Shown piece after piece: positions 52,122 through 61,435 of a stretch of 64,000 nucleotides of DNA. Origin of the DNA: an uncultured archaeon (GTDB lineage: Archaea > Thermoplasmatota > Thermoplasmata > Thermoplasmatales > Thermoplasmataceae); NCBI GenBank assembly GCA_000965745.1, contig CP009479.1, forward strand, positions 1,344,001 through 1,408,000. Direction: 5' to 3'. The translations under genes were made by a program, and so were the position numbers. Under the pieces are notes generated by a model that made no database searches, was not told the DNA's origin, and saw nothing but the letters and a program-made list of their open reading frames with translations. The first letter of the stretch is position 1, and each line of letters starts with the position of its first letter.

Positions 52122-52954
52122 AAGTAACCGTAATAGGAGCAGGAACAATGGGAAATGGTATAGCACAGGTCTTTGCACAGGGTGGAAACGAAGTAGTGCT
52201 TACAGATATTGTAGAGCCGGTACTGGAAAAGGCCAGGGACACAATAGCAAACTCCCTTGAACGGCTTTCAAAAAAGGGTCTGATCAGTGAGACCCCGGAC
52301 CAGGTGAAGAGGAGGATAACCTTCACAAAGTCAATTGATGACGGAGCGGGATCAGACATCTACGTTGAGGCAATAGTCGAGAAGGTGGAACTCAAGAAGG
52401 ACATACTTCAGAAGATAAATGAGATGGCAAATGAAGATTCAATCATAGCCACAAACACCTCTTCGATCTCAATAAACTATCTGTCCGGTTTCGTGAAGCA
52501 TCCAGAGAATTTTCTGGGCATGCACTTCTTCAACCCTCCTCCGGTCATGAAACTCATTGAAATAGTAACGGGCGTAAGGACCTCAAAGAAAGCGGTTGAA
52601 AAAATTCAGGAGATCTCAAAGGACCTGGGGAAAGAACCTGTTGTCGTGAAAGACTACCCGGGATTTGTTGCAAACAGGGTCCTCATGCCTTTGCTCAGGG
52701 AAGCCATAGTTGCCTATGAGGAAGGTGTTGCCTCCAAAGAGGACATAGACAAAACCGTGAAGTTGGGGCTGAACCACCCCATGGGCCCGCTTGAGCTGGC
52801 TGATTTTGTGGGTCTTGATGTGACCTACGATGTAATGAAGGTGCTATACGACGAATTCGGTGACCCAAGGTACAAGCCGCCGATCACACTCAGAAACATG
52901 GTAAACGCGGGTCTCCTCGGAAGAAAGACAGGGGAAGGCTTCTACAAATACTGA
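52118..52954 (+). CDS. 3-hydroxyacyl-CoA dehydrogenase
   Basis: GAGTMG, TNTSS, MHFFNP, PMGP. Confidence 0.95.
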   Translation: MKVTVIGAGTMGNGIAQVFAQGGNEVVLTDIVEPVLEKARDTIANSLERLSKKGLISETPDQVKRRITFTKSIDDGAGSDIYVEAIVEKVELKKDILQKINEMANEDSIIATNTSSISINYLSGFVKHPENFLGMHFFNPPPVMKLIEIVTGVRTSKKAVEKIQEISKDLGKEPVVVKDYPGFVANRVLMPLLREAIVAYEEGVASKEDIDKTVKLGLNHPMGPLELADFVGLDVTYDVMKVLYDEFGDPRYKPPITLRNMVNAGLLGRKTGEGFYKY

Positions 52955-52964
52955 AGGTGTCAAA

Positions 52965-53705
52965 ATGAAGTACATTACAGTTGAAGATATGGGAAAAATA
53001 ACTCTGGCAACGTTGAAAACCGACAATCCTCTTAACCCTTTGAACATAGAGATTCTCAGGGAGATTGGAGAGGCTGTCAGTAACTCCAGGAATGTCGTGG
53101 TCCTGAACAGTGAAGGCCGGGCATTCTCGGCCGGAGCCGACATCAAAAACTTTACAAAAATGAACGCCAATATGGCCCACAGGTTTGCAAGCGAAGGCCA
53201 TGACATCATGAACGGCATAGCCTCTGCAGACGTGCCAGTGATAGCTGCGATACATGGATACGCTCTCGGTGGCGGTTTCGAGCTCGCACTGGCATGCGAC
53301 TTCAGGGTTTCGACCCCGGATGCAAAGCTGGCTCTTCCCGAGATAACTCTCGGAATACTCCCTGGATTTGGTGGAACCCAAAGGCTTAAGGCAATTGCGG
53401 GTGAGGGAAGGGCGCTCGAACTAGTCTCAACAGGCAGGACGTTTACCGGACAGGAAGCCAAGGAAATGGGGATCGTGAACAGGATCTCGACTGACCACAT
53501 GGAAGAAGCCATGGAGCTTGCTGAAGAACTTTCTGAGAAACCCCCGCTCTCTCTTAAATATGCGAAGGCTCTGATAAGGGCGCCTCCAGATGAGTTCTAC
53601 GAAGATGAGAAAGAGAAATTTGGAGTGCTGTTTGAATCAAAAGACAGCAAGGAAGGATTTGATGCTTTCCTGAACAAGAGAAAGCCCAAGTTTAAAGGAG
53701 AATAA
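52965..53705 (+). CDS. Enoyl-CoA hydratase
   Basis: FSAGAD, GGGFE, PEITLG. Confidence 0.93.
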   Translation: MKYITVEDMGKITLATLKTDNPLNPLNIEILREIGEAVSNSRNVVVLNSEGRAFSAGADIKNFTKMNANMAHRFASEGHDIMNGIASADVPVIAAIHGYALGGGFELALACDFRVSTPDAKLALPEITLGILPGFGGTQRLKAIAGEGRALELVSTGRTFTGQEAKEMGIVNRISTDHMEEAMELAEELSEKPPLSLKYAKALIRAPPDEFYEDEKEKFGVLFESKDSKEGFDAFLNKRKPKFKGE

Positions 53706-53718
53706 AAAAAGTCTCTGA

Positions 53719-54741
53719 TCACACAAGAGTAATGGCAGCTTCAGGGACCTCAATAAAATATCTCATATTTTCCTCAAATTCCTCTTCTGTGAATAGTCCC
53801 TTTTCCTTATACACCTTTTCATATTTTTCGGCGCTGTCCGGGAATACTGTAAGTATGTTTCCCTTCTCGACAGTTTCGGCCAACTTTCTTGCGCCTGCAA
53901 GGTTTGCCCCGGATGAGGTTCCAACAAACACTTTATGGTTACGCAGAAGGTACCTCACTTCCCTGTATGACTCTTCTTCTGTTACCGTTATGAAATCGTC
54001 TATAAGATCGAGGTGCTCATCAATAAGTTTCCTCTCCTTTGCCTTTTCGTAGTTCCTTATGCCCTGTATGTAGCTGTCAGGATGACTCTGAACTGCATAC
54101 ACCTTTGCCTCATGATTCCTGCTTTTGAGGTAAAAGGAAAGGCCGGTGAGCGTTCCTCCAGTGCCCATTCCGATTGCAGCATACTCTGGCACAAGCCCCG
54201 TCGCCTCCTCGACTTCAGGACCGGTGGTATAGAAGTGGGCGAGCATATTGGACACATTTCCGTGCTGAAACAGGTTGAAATATATTTCAGGATTTTGCCT
54301 TGCCTTCTCCCTCGCCTCATGAATTGCGTTTCCTGTGCTGCTTCTTGACTCTGGAGTCCCGTCATCAAGGGTTTCTATGACAGTGGCACCGGTATCCTTC
54401 AGCCTGTTCTTTGTTCCCTCACTTATTCCCGGTGGTATTATTATTTCAGCCTCAATGCCCAGGTCCTTGGCTATGCTGGCTATGGCTATCCCTGTATTGC
54501 CTGAGGTCCCCTCGACAACGATCCCATCGTCTTTGAGGAAGCCATCATATTGAGCTTTCTTTAGCATGAAAAATGCTGCCCTGTCTTTTACGGATTTGTA
54601 TTTGTTAAAGTATTCAAGCTTGGCATAGATTGAAACATTCTCCTTTACCGGAATTTTGAGAATGGGCGTTCTTCCTATGCCCATTGAATAAGCTTCCTCT
54701 CTGATTCTCTTGTACACAGCTTCTTCAGCAGGATTGAGCAT
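53719..54741 (-). CDS. Cysteine synthase family PLP enzyme
   Basis: SVKDR, TSGNTG, GTGGT, SSGAN. Confidence 0.9.
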   Translation of the reverse strand: MLNPAEEAVYKRIREEAYSMGIGRTPILKIPVKENVSIYAKLEYFNKYKSVKDRAAFFMLKKAQYDGFLKDDGIVVEGTSGNTGIAIASIAKDLGIEAEIIIPPGISEGTKNRLKDTGATVIETLDDGTPESRSSTGNAIHEAREKARQNPEIYFNLFQHGNVSNMLAHFYTTGPEVEEATGLVPEYAAIGMGTGGTLTGLSFYLKSRNHEAKVYAVQSHPDSYIQGIRNYEKAKERKLIDEHLDLIDDFITVTEEESYREVRYLLRNHKVFVGTSSGANLAGARKLAETVEKGNILTVFPDSAEKYEKVYKEKGLFTEEEFEENMRYFIEVPEAAITLV

Positions 54742-54950
54742 TCTGATGGGATATGATCGCGCACTTATTATTCTTATTGAAGTCAAAATTGTTAAATCAG
54801 GCTAGCAACCGGCGGTAGATGAATTCAGATTTTTTAGTAATAGATTTAAGAGATGACTTATTAGATATGTACTGGGGCCTATGAATTTGCATATTATAAA
54901 AATACTTATATATATGAATTCGCCTTATAGACATGACAATTGTCTGACAA

Positions 54951-57900
54951 ATGATTGATATGATGATTGAAAGCCTTGAACTGGATAACTTCAAATCGTT
55001 CGGAAATAAAAGGAAGATTCTTTTCCGGAAAGGATTCACCGTCATAAGCGGTCCGAATGGAAGCGGCAAGAGCAATATAGGCGACTCAATGCTCTTTGTC
55101 CTCGGAGTCCGCTCTTCAAAGGCTGTAAGGGCAGACAGGCTTGCTGACCTGATACACAAGGCTTCCAGCCCTAACAGGCAGAGGGATACCTGCAAGGTCA
55201 CAATCACATTCAACAGTGAAAACCCGGAACTTTCAGAGGATGAAAAGAGGATCAGGCTCACGAGGGAATTGATTTCCGATACCGAAAGTTATCATTCAAA
55301 TTATTACATCAACGGGGAGAGGGTCAGGCACTCCGACGTTGAAAGGCTACTAGACTCACTGCACATATATCTTGACTCATACAGCTTTGTGCTGCAGGGT
55401 GACATCAACAACATAATAAAAATGAGCGGGATCGAAAGAAGAAAACTTCTTGAATCCATCTCCGGCATCGAGAGTTTCGACGTGCAAATAGACAAAGCAA
55501 AATCCGACATCGAAGCGATATCCGGAAACCTGACAAAACTCGAAATTATGCACGAAGAAGCCCAGCGACGACTGGAAGAACTCAGGATAGACAAGGAAAA
55601 TGCTGAAACTTTTAACTCCTATTCACAGAGAATAAAGGACATGAGGGCCACCCTTCTTGGATATGACCTGAACAGGCTGAACAGGGACGTTGAGTCAGTT
55701 GAGACTCAGATTTCCAGCCTTACCTCAGAGATTGACACTTTAAACCTTGAGAACTCAGGCCTCCAGGAAGATGTGGAATCAAAAAGGTCCACACTCAAAA
55801 AGCTCGAGGAGGAAAGAGAAGCGATCTCCGGTTCTGAGCTAGGGGAGATAAGGCAGCACATTGCGGATCTGAGGGTAAAAATCGCTGAGTTCAGGATGAA
55901 GAAGGATGACAGGGGCGAGCAGATCCACAATCTTCAGGAAGAGGTATCCAGCAGGGATAGCCAGTCCGAGGAGATCAGGAAAACAATTTCGTCCAAGAGT
56001 GATGCACTGGAATCCAGGGAGTCGGAACTCATGAGAATTCAGGACGAAATGAGGCGCATAGAAGAACAACTTTCCAAAATGAGGATAGAGTTCAGCGATT
56101 CCACAAAATCAGCAAAGAAGTTTCAGGAGAGGCTTGTGGAGATTGATGCAAGCATAGACAACATCAATTCACAGAACGATGCTGTCAGGGAGAAATATAA
56201 CGAACTAATCCAGGAAAAATCAAAGATCATGACTGAACTGGTCTCCCGTGAGGAAAAGAGAAAAGATCTCGAATTCCAGATTAAGGATGCCCAGTGGAGG
56301 CTTAAGGACATATCGGGAACCGACCAGACCAAGAGGAAGACGCTCCAGGACCTGAGAAAGCAGTACTATGAAGTCAAGAATGAGCTGGAGGAAAACCAGA
56401 AAGCAAAGGAAGCTGCCAAAGACAGGCTTTCTATCCTTTCAAGGGAATATGACAAACTTACCATGAGCATGCAGGGGTCAAGAGGCGCAGGATCGAGAAC
56501 CCTCTCATCAATCATAAACGCCAGAAACCAGAACATGATTGATGGCATTCATGGCCCCATCAGGGACCTCATAAGCTTTGATGAGAAGTACAGAAGTGCC
56601 GTAGAATCAACTGCAGGAGGCAGGCTTAACGCTGTTGTTGTTGAGAATGACCAGGTGGCCCAGGAATGCCTGGAATATCTGAGGAAAGAGAAGATAGGCA
56701 AACTTACATTTCTGCCGCTTAACAAGTTAAGTACAGGCCGGCCAAGGGGAAAGGCAATCATTGTGCATGGGTCAGACGGCTCACTTGGCTATGTGTTTGA
56801 GCATATATCATATGAGAGCGTATATGAGGCTGCTGTCTGGTACGCTTTTCAGGATACGGTTATAGTTGACACTGTCCAGACTGCAAGAAAGTACATGGTC
56901 GGTGTAAGGCTTGTTACCCTTGGAGGGGATATTTTTGAGGCAAGCGGCGCCATCACAGGTGGTTATAATGAAGCACGGAAGAGCAATGCCGCCACGGAAT
57001 CCAAATTATCACAGCTTTCCTCCGAAATTAACGGCCTCAATGAAGAATTAAGCATTCTGAACCCTAAAATAGAGGATGGCAAACACCTTGTGGACCAGCT
57101 TACCACAGAAATGACGGAACTTTCAAAGGAAGAAGGGTCAAAGACCAAAGAGATAGATCAACTCAGGGAGATAGCGGAGAAGGCGGAAAGACAGATCGAG
57201 GGGGTTGACTCACAGGTTGCAGAGTCTGAGGAATCCCTTCGAAAAACTGAAAACCACCTCAAGGCGCTCAATGAAGAAATGCTGGAGAACGGCGACAAAA
57301 TAGACCAGCTTTCAAAGGAGAAATCAGAAATCCATGAGAAGTTGAAATCCCTGTCTCCCGAAACCGTAGAGCTCCAGAGCGACCTGGAGAGGACTTATGC
57401 CTCACTAAGAACCGACGAGCAAAGCATGCTGGATGGTATTTCATCAACAAGATCAGACTTGAAACATATGGAGGGGGACCTCCAGGAAAATGCGAAGCTG
57501 ATAGGTAACAGCACCAATCAGATCGTCCAGCTGAAAGATGAAGTCAATGTCCTGCAGGATCGGATCTCTGAACAGAATACTGAACTTGAAAAATACAGGA
57601 AGATCGAAGAGGAAATGGACCAGAAGACAAAAGAGCAGACAGAGAAGATCCATGCAATAGAGAATGAGGTCGAAAGGATAAGCGGCAGGATGGAGGGAAA
57701 CAAGTCCCTGGTTTCAACAAAGCATGATGTCATTATCACTCTAAGCTCAAGGCTTGAAACTTACAGGACCAAAATTACGGAAATAGAGGAGCAACTGGCC
57801 GAGACCGGTGGAACTGCAATTCAGGAGAAACTTTCAATTACGGAAATAAAAGGCACGATAAGCGATCTTGAGAACAGGATTGAGCAGCTCGGGCCGATAA

Positions 57901-58499
57901 ACCACAAAGCGATTACTGAGTTTGATGAGGTTAGTGTTGAATGTTCAAACATTTCAGAGGAGATGACCAGGCTGAAGGAAGAAAAGAAAAGCCTTGAGGA
58001 TTTGACCGAGAAGCTAAACGAGCAGAAGAAGACAATTTTCCTCAATCTATATCACGCCATAAACCAGCACATGAACGAGATATACGCAACACTTTCGGCA
58101 GGCGGCGAAGCACAGCTGGTACTTTCTGATGAGCTTGACCCGCTGAACGCAGAAGTTTCTATCAGGGCAAGGCCGAAAGGGAGAAACTTCAGCAAGCTCC
58201 ACTCACTTAGTGGCGGGGAAAAGAGCCTGACTGCTCTTTCGTTTATAATGGCTGTTCAGAGAATAAACCCGTCCCCGATATACTATCTTGACGAGGTGGA
58301 CATGTTCCTTGACGGAGCAAACGTGGAAAGGATCGGCAAGATGTTCAAGAGCAACTCCTCAACTTCGCAGATTCTTGTTGTATCGCTGAGGAAAGCGATG
58401 CTGAAATATGCTGAAAACATCATCGGTGTCACAAGTTTCGACGAGGAAAACACTGAAGTATTCGAGAAATCTCTCGGGACTGAACCGGAGGTGTTCTGA
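54951..58499 (+). CDS. smc: Chromosome segregation protein SMC
   Basis: GPNGSGKSN, hinge domain, LSGGEK, LDEVD. Confidence 0.97.
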   Translation: MIDMMIESLELDNFKSFGNKRKILFRKGFTVISGPNGSGKSNIGDSMLFVLGVRSSKAVRADRLADLIHKASSPNRQRDTCKVTITFNSENPELSEDEKRIRLTRELISDTESYHSNYYINGERVRHSDVERLLDSLHIYLDSYSFVLQGDINNIIKMSGIERRKLLESISGIESFDVQIDKAKSDIEAISGNLTKLEIMHEEAQRRLEELRIDKENAETFNSYSQRIKDMRATLLGYDLNRLNRDVESVETQISSLTSEIDTLNLENSGLQEDVESKRSTLKKLEEEREAISGSELGEIRQHIADLRVKIAEFRMKKDDRGEQIHNLQEEVSSRDSQSEEIRKTISSKSDALESRESELMRIQDEMRRIEEQLSKMRIEFSDSTKSAKKFQERLVEIDASIDNINSQNDAVREKYNELIQEKSKIMTELVSREEKRKDLEFQIKDAQWRLKDISGTDQTKRKTLQDLRKQYYEVKNELEENQKAKEAAKDRLSILSREYDKLTMSMQGSRGAGSRTLSSIINARNQNMIDGIHGPIRDLISFDEKYRSAVESTAGGRLNAVVVENDQVAQECLEYLRKEKIGKLTFLPLNKLSTGRPRGKAIIVHGSDGSLGYVFEHISYESVYEAAVWYAFQDTVIVDTVQTARKYMVGVRLVTLGGDIFEASGAITGGYNEARKSNAATESKLSQLSSEINGLNEELSILNPKIEDGKHLVDQLTTEMTELSKEEGSKTKEIDQLREIAEKAERQIEGVDSQVAESEESLRKTENHLKALNEEMLENGDKIDQLSKEKSEIHEKLKSLSPETVELQSDLERTYASLRTDEQSMLDGISSTRSDLKHMEGDLQENAKLIGNSTNQIVQLKDEVNVLQDRISEQNTELEKYRKIEEEMDQKTKEQTEKIHAIENEVERISGRMEGNKSLVSTKHDVIITLSSRLETYRTKITEIEEQLAETGGTAIQEKLSITEIKGTISDLENRIEQLGPINHKAITEFDEVSVECSNISEEMTRLKEEKKSLEDLTEKLNEQKKTIFLNLYHAINQHMNEIYATLSAGGEAQLVLSDELDPLNAEVSIRARPKGRNFSKLHSLSGGEKSLTALSFIMAVQRINPSPIYYLDEVDMFLDGANVERIGKMFKSNSSTSQILVVSLRKAMLKYAENIIGVTSFDEENTEVFEKSLGTEPEVF

Positions 58500-59317
58500 T
58501 GGAAACGGATCAGGTGCTGAGAGATATAGTGGTCCAGGGAACCTTGCTTGATTACAACACCGATGTGTATGCATCCATAATGAAGAAAACCAAGGATTCA
58601 CGGGAATTCTCGGACCCTTTCGCCAGGCTTGTGGCCTCTACATTCAAGCTATGCGAGGAGGGTGTCATAGATCCGTGGAATGTTGATCTTCGAGGTTTTT
58701 CCAAAATATTCATATCAATAATTGACGAGACGTTCGATCGGTTTGGCATGGCTGGGTACCTGATAGGTCAGGCATGGCACATTCTTCTTGAAAAAACGGA
58801 AAGGTCCGTTATGAAGAGGCAGCAGCTGGAGGTCCCGGAAACCTACGTTGAAGAGGGCCCGGATGATGGGATGGAGTCTCCCGTGCTTGAATTTGAGCCG
58901 CGAGCCCTTGAGCTTTCTGAACCGGTCAAGCACAGGGAAAAGAGGCAGGTAATGCTTGTGGAACTGCTTGAGGCAATGCGTGTTGCGGTAAGGAAGGAGA
59001 GGAAGAGAGTTCACACAACCCGGCAGGAAAAGGAAGAATTTGACGCCACAGCCATGGAGGAGATAATATTCGAACTTCACGCCGAAGAACCTGAGAAGGA
59101 AATTGATAACACCTACGAAAAAATACTCTCGCAGTTCGCAGATCAGTTCTACATTGAAGAAATATGGGGAAGCAGCGTGGAGGACAGGTGGGGCTTTTTT
59201 GTATATTGCCTGTTTCTCATGAGGGAGAAGAGGATCATCCTGAAACAGGAAGGCGCTTTTGGGAAAATCTCCATCCAGCGTATCGCGAGGCCGGATGGGC
59301 AGGTCATCAACATTTGA
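58499..59317 (+). CDS. scpA: Kleisin ScpA
   Basis: IDPWNVDL, C-terminal LFL...QEGAFGKI; TGATG overlap with smc. Confidence 0.88.
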   Translation: METDQVLRDIVVQGTLLDYNTDVYASIMKKTKDSREFSDPFARLVASTFKLCEEGVIDPWNVDLRGFSKIFISIIDETFDRFGMAGYLIGQAWHILLEKTERSVMKRQQLEVPETYVEEGPDDGMESPVLEFEPRALELSEPVKHREKRQVMLVELLEAMRVAVRKERKRVHTTRQEKEEFDATAMEEIIFELHAEEPEKEIDNTYEKILSQFADQFYIEEIWGSSVEDRWGFFVYCLFLMREKRIILKQEGAFGKISIQRIARPDGQVINI

Positions 59318-59351
59318 GCCTGCTAGGTTGCCAGGAGGAAATCTGCTTTCC

Positions 59352-59600
59352 ATGAAAGATGACGGCACCCTCAGTGCATCTGAAATATCCGAGTACTCAT
59401 TTTGCAGTGTGGCTTGGTACATGGATTCAAACGGCTATCCAAGGAGCACAATATCTTCCAAAAGGATGGAGAATGGCAGGAAAATGCACAAGAAGCTTGA
59501 GCCGAGGTACAAAAGGGTAAGCATTGCTGCCAGACTGTCGATTGCTGCCATTGTTCTACTTTCAATAATATTGGTGGCCTTTGCCGCAGGGCTGATCTGA
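59352..59600 (+). CDS. Cas4-like nuclease N-terminal half with C-terminal TM helix
   Basis: LSASEISEYSFCSVAWY, GRKMH, then a hydrophobic helix; AGGAGG at 59333-59338. Confidence 0.75.
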   Translation: MKDDGTLSASEISEYSFCSVAWYMDSNGYPRSTISSKRMENGRKMHKKLEPRYKRVSIAARLSIAAIVLLSIILVAFAAGLI

Positions 59601-60116
59601 GTGGATGCTTATGAGATATACGCGATCCTCTTTCTTCTCATAATGCTCTTTGTGATAATGTCAGCCGTCCTTTCCCGCTCCAGAAAGAAATTTGCAATGC
59701 CCGATGGAAAGGCAGTATATGGAGACCTCATGGCTGAGGGGAAAATCCTGAGATCACGAAGGTACGGCCTAACGGGAAAGCCTGACAAGATTGTGCAGAA
59801 CGGGAAAGAAGTGGTGCCCTACGAGTACAAGTCAACAGATGCTGTAAGGCCCAGGGAGGGGCACATGCTCCAGATGGCCGCATACTTTGTGATACTGGAG
59901 GAGAACTTCCCGGGCTCAAAGGTTGAATACGGCATACTGAAGTACAAGAATTATGCATTCAGGATTGAAAACAGCCAGCGGCTCCGGGAAGAGCTCTTCA
60001 ATGTAATGGGCAGGATAAGGGGGAACCTTGGGATGCCTGAACCCAACCATAATAATCCGGGAAGGTGCGTATATTGCAGTTTCCGTGGAACCTGTTCAAA
60101 AAAGTTAATTAAATGA
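59601..60116 (+). CDS. Cas4-like PD-(D/E)XK nuclease C-terminal half with N-terminal TM helix
   Basis: GKPD, EYKS, QMAAY, CVYCSFRGTC. Confidence 0.88.
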   Translation: MDAYEIYAILFLLIMLFVIMSAVLSRSRKKFAMPDGKAVYGDLMAEGKILRSRRYGLTGKPDKIVQNGKEVVPYEYKSTDAVRPREGHMLQMAAYFVILEENFPGSKVEYGILKYKNYAFRIENSQRLREELFNVMGRIRGNLGMPEPNHNNPGRCVYCSFRGTCSKKLIK

Positions 60117-61159
60117 GACAGTATGTGCGCTGGTTCATGGATAAACTAGAACTCCTAGCCAGAAACATGGTGGAAGTGATCACGGAAGCTGAAGCCAAGG
60201 ACGCACTGGAATCAGGGAGGAACAAGGCATACATTGGTTTTGAGCCTTCAGGTCTGCCGCACATCGCCACGGGGCTCCTCTGGCCAAGAAAACTTAACGA
60301 TCTTATAGAGCTTGGGCTGGACACCACCGTACTCCTTGCTGACTGGCATGCCAAGGTGAACGACAAGCTCGGCGGAGACCTTTCCAGGATTCAGGAGAGT
60401 GGCCGCCTTCTCCTGAAGAGCATGAAGGTTATGGGCCTCAGCGACAAGGTCAAGTTTCTCTGGACAAGTGACATGGTTTCGGACCCGGAATACTGGAGCA
60501 CACTCCTAAACGTGGCAAAAACGGCCAATCTTTCACGCATAAGGCGCGCCCTGCCAATAATGGGAAGAACCGAGGAGGATGCGGACAAAGATTTCAGCAA
60601 GTACATCTATCCTCTAATGCAGGTTACAGACATTTTCTACATGGACCTGGATTTTGCTTTTGGCGGAATGGACCAGAGGCACGCGCACATGCTCGCCAGG
60701 GACGTGGCAGAAAAAATGGGCAGAAAGAAAGTTATATCTGTGCACGGCCCCCTCCTTGGAAGCCTTACCGGGACGGGCAGGATGGATTCATTCAAGAAGA
60801 TGTCAAAGAGCGACCCTAACTCAGCAATATTCCTTTTTGATCCTCCTGAAAAGGTGAGGTCCAAGATAAAGAAGGCATACTGTCCAATCAAGGAGGTAGA
60901 AGGGAACCCCGTAATGGACATAATACGACACATAATAATGCCGTATTATGGGGAGAACTTTTTGATACGTAGGCCTCCGCAGAAAGGTGGTGAAATTTCC
61001 CCAGAAACATATGGCGAGCTTGAGAAGCTATATGTCAATGGCGACATCCATCCGGTTGATCTCAAGAACGCGGTCTCTGACGCACTAAACGAAATGATAG
61101 CCCCGGCTAACAGGCTCGTCGAAAGAGAAGAGATTGATCTGAGCAATTTCCAGGTCTAG
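60113..61159 (+). CDS. tyrS: Tyrosine--tRNA ligase
   Basis: YIGFEPSG, YPLMQ, GGMDQ, KMSKS; start may be 60137. Confidence 0.95.
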   Translation: MRQYVRWFMDKLELLARNMVEVITEAEAKDALESGRNKAYIGFEPSGLPHIATGLLWPRKLNDLIELGLDTTVLLADWHAKVNDKLGGDLSRIQESGRLLLKSMKVMGLSDKVKFLWTSDMVSDPEYWSTLLNVAKTANLSRIRRALPIMGRTEEDADKDFSKYIYPLMQVTDIFYMDLDFAFGGMDQRHAHMLARDVAEKMGRKKVISVHGPLLGSLTGTGRMDSFKKMSKSDPNSAIFLFDPPEKVRSKIKKAYCPIKEVEGNPVMDIIRHIIMPYYGENFLIRRPPQKGGEISPETYGELEKLYVNGDIHPVDLKNAVSDALNEMIAPANRLVEREEIDLSNFQV

Positions 61160-61170
61160 TGTGCCTCATA

Positions 61171-61338
61171 CTACTTGATTTTTTCAAGTACTATTGATTC
61201 ACCATCAAAATAGAATCCCAGAATGTCTTCAGGCTTGACGTTCAATTTCTCTGTTACTTTCTTTGGAAGCGTTATCCTAAGAGAACTACCCCTTTTTGAA
61301 ACGTGTGATACATCCAGCAATACTTTTTCTTCGTTCGT
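61171..61338 (-). CDS. Small AbrB/MazE/SpoVT-type DNA-binding protein (not in ORF track; start ACG 61338 or TTG 61320)
   Basis: LLDVSHVSKRGSSLRITLPKKVTEKLNVKPEDILGF; paralog of 2319-2480. Confidence 0.75.
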   Translation of the reverse strand, partial: TNEEKVLLDVSHVSKRGSSLRITLPKKVTEKLNVKPEDILGFYFDGESIVLEKIK

Positions 61339-61435
61339 AAATATATATTTGATATTAACTACTTAAATGAATCGCATTACTTTTAAGATTCAAAAAAGTT
61401 GCAATATTTCTTAAACTGCTATTATTTCGGAGTTG

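Noticed and set aside
54951-58499. SMC as Wadjet JetC or Rad50
   Set aside because: Canonical hinge-containing SMC with ScpA; no JetB/JetD, Mre11 or zinc hook
59352-60116. CRISPR-Cas locus implied by the Cas4-like genes
   Set aside because: No repeat-spacer array, cas1, cas2 or effector genes seen in the window
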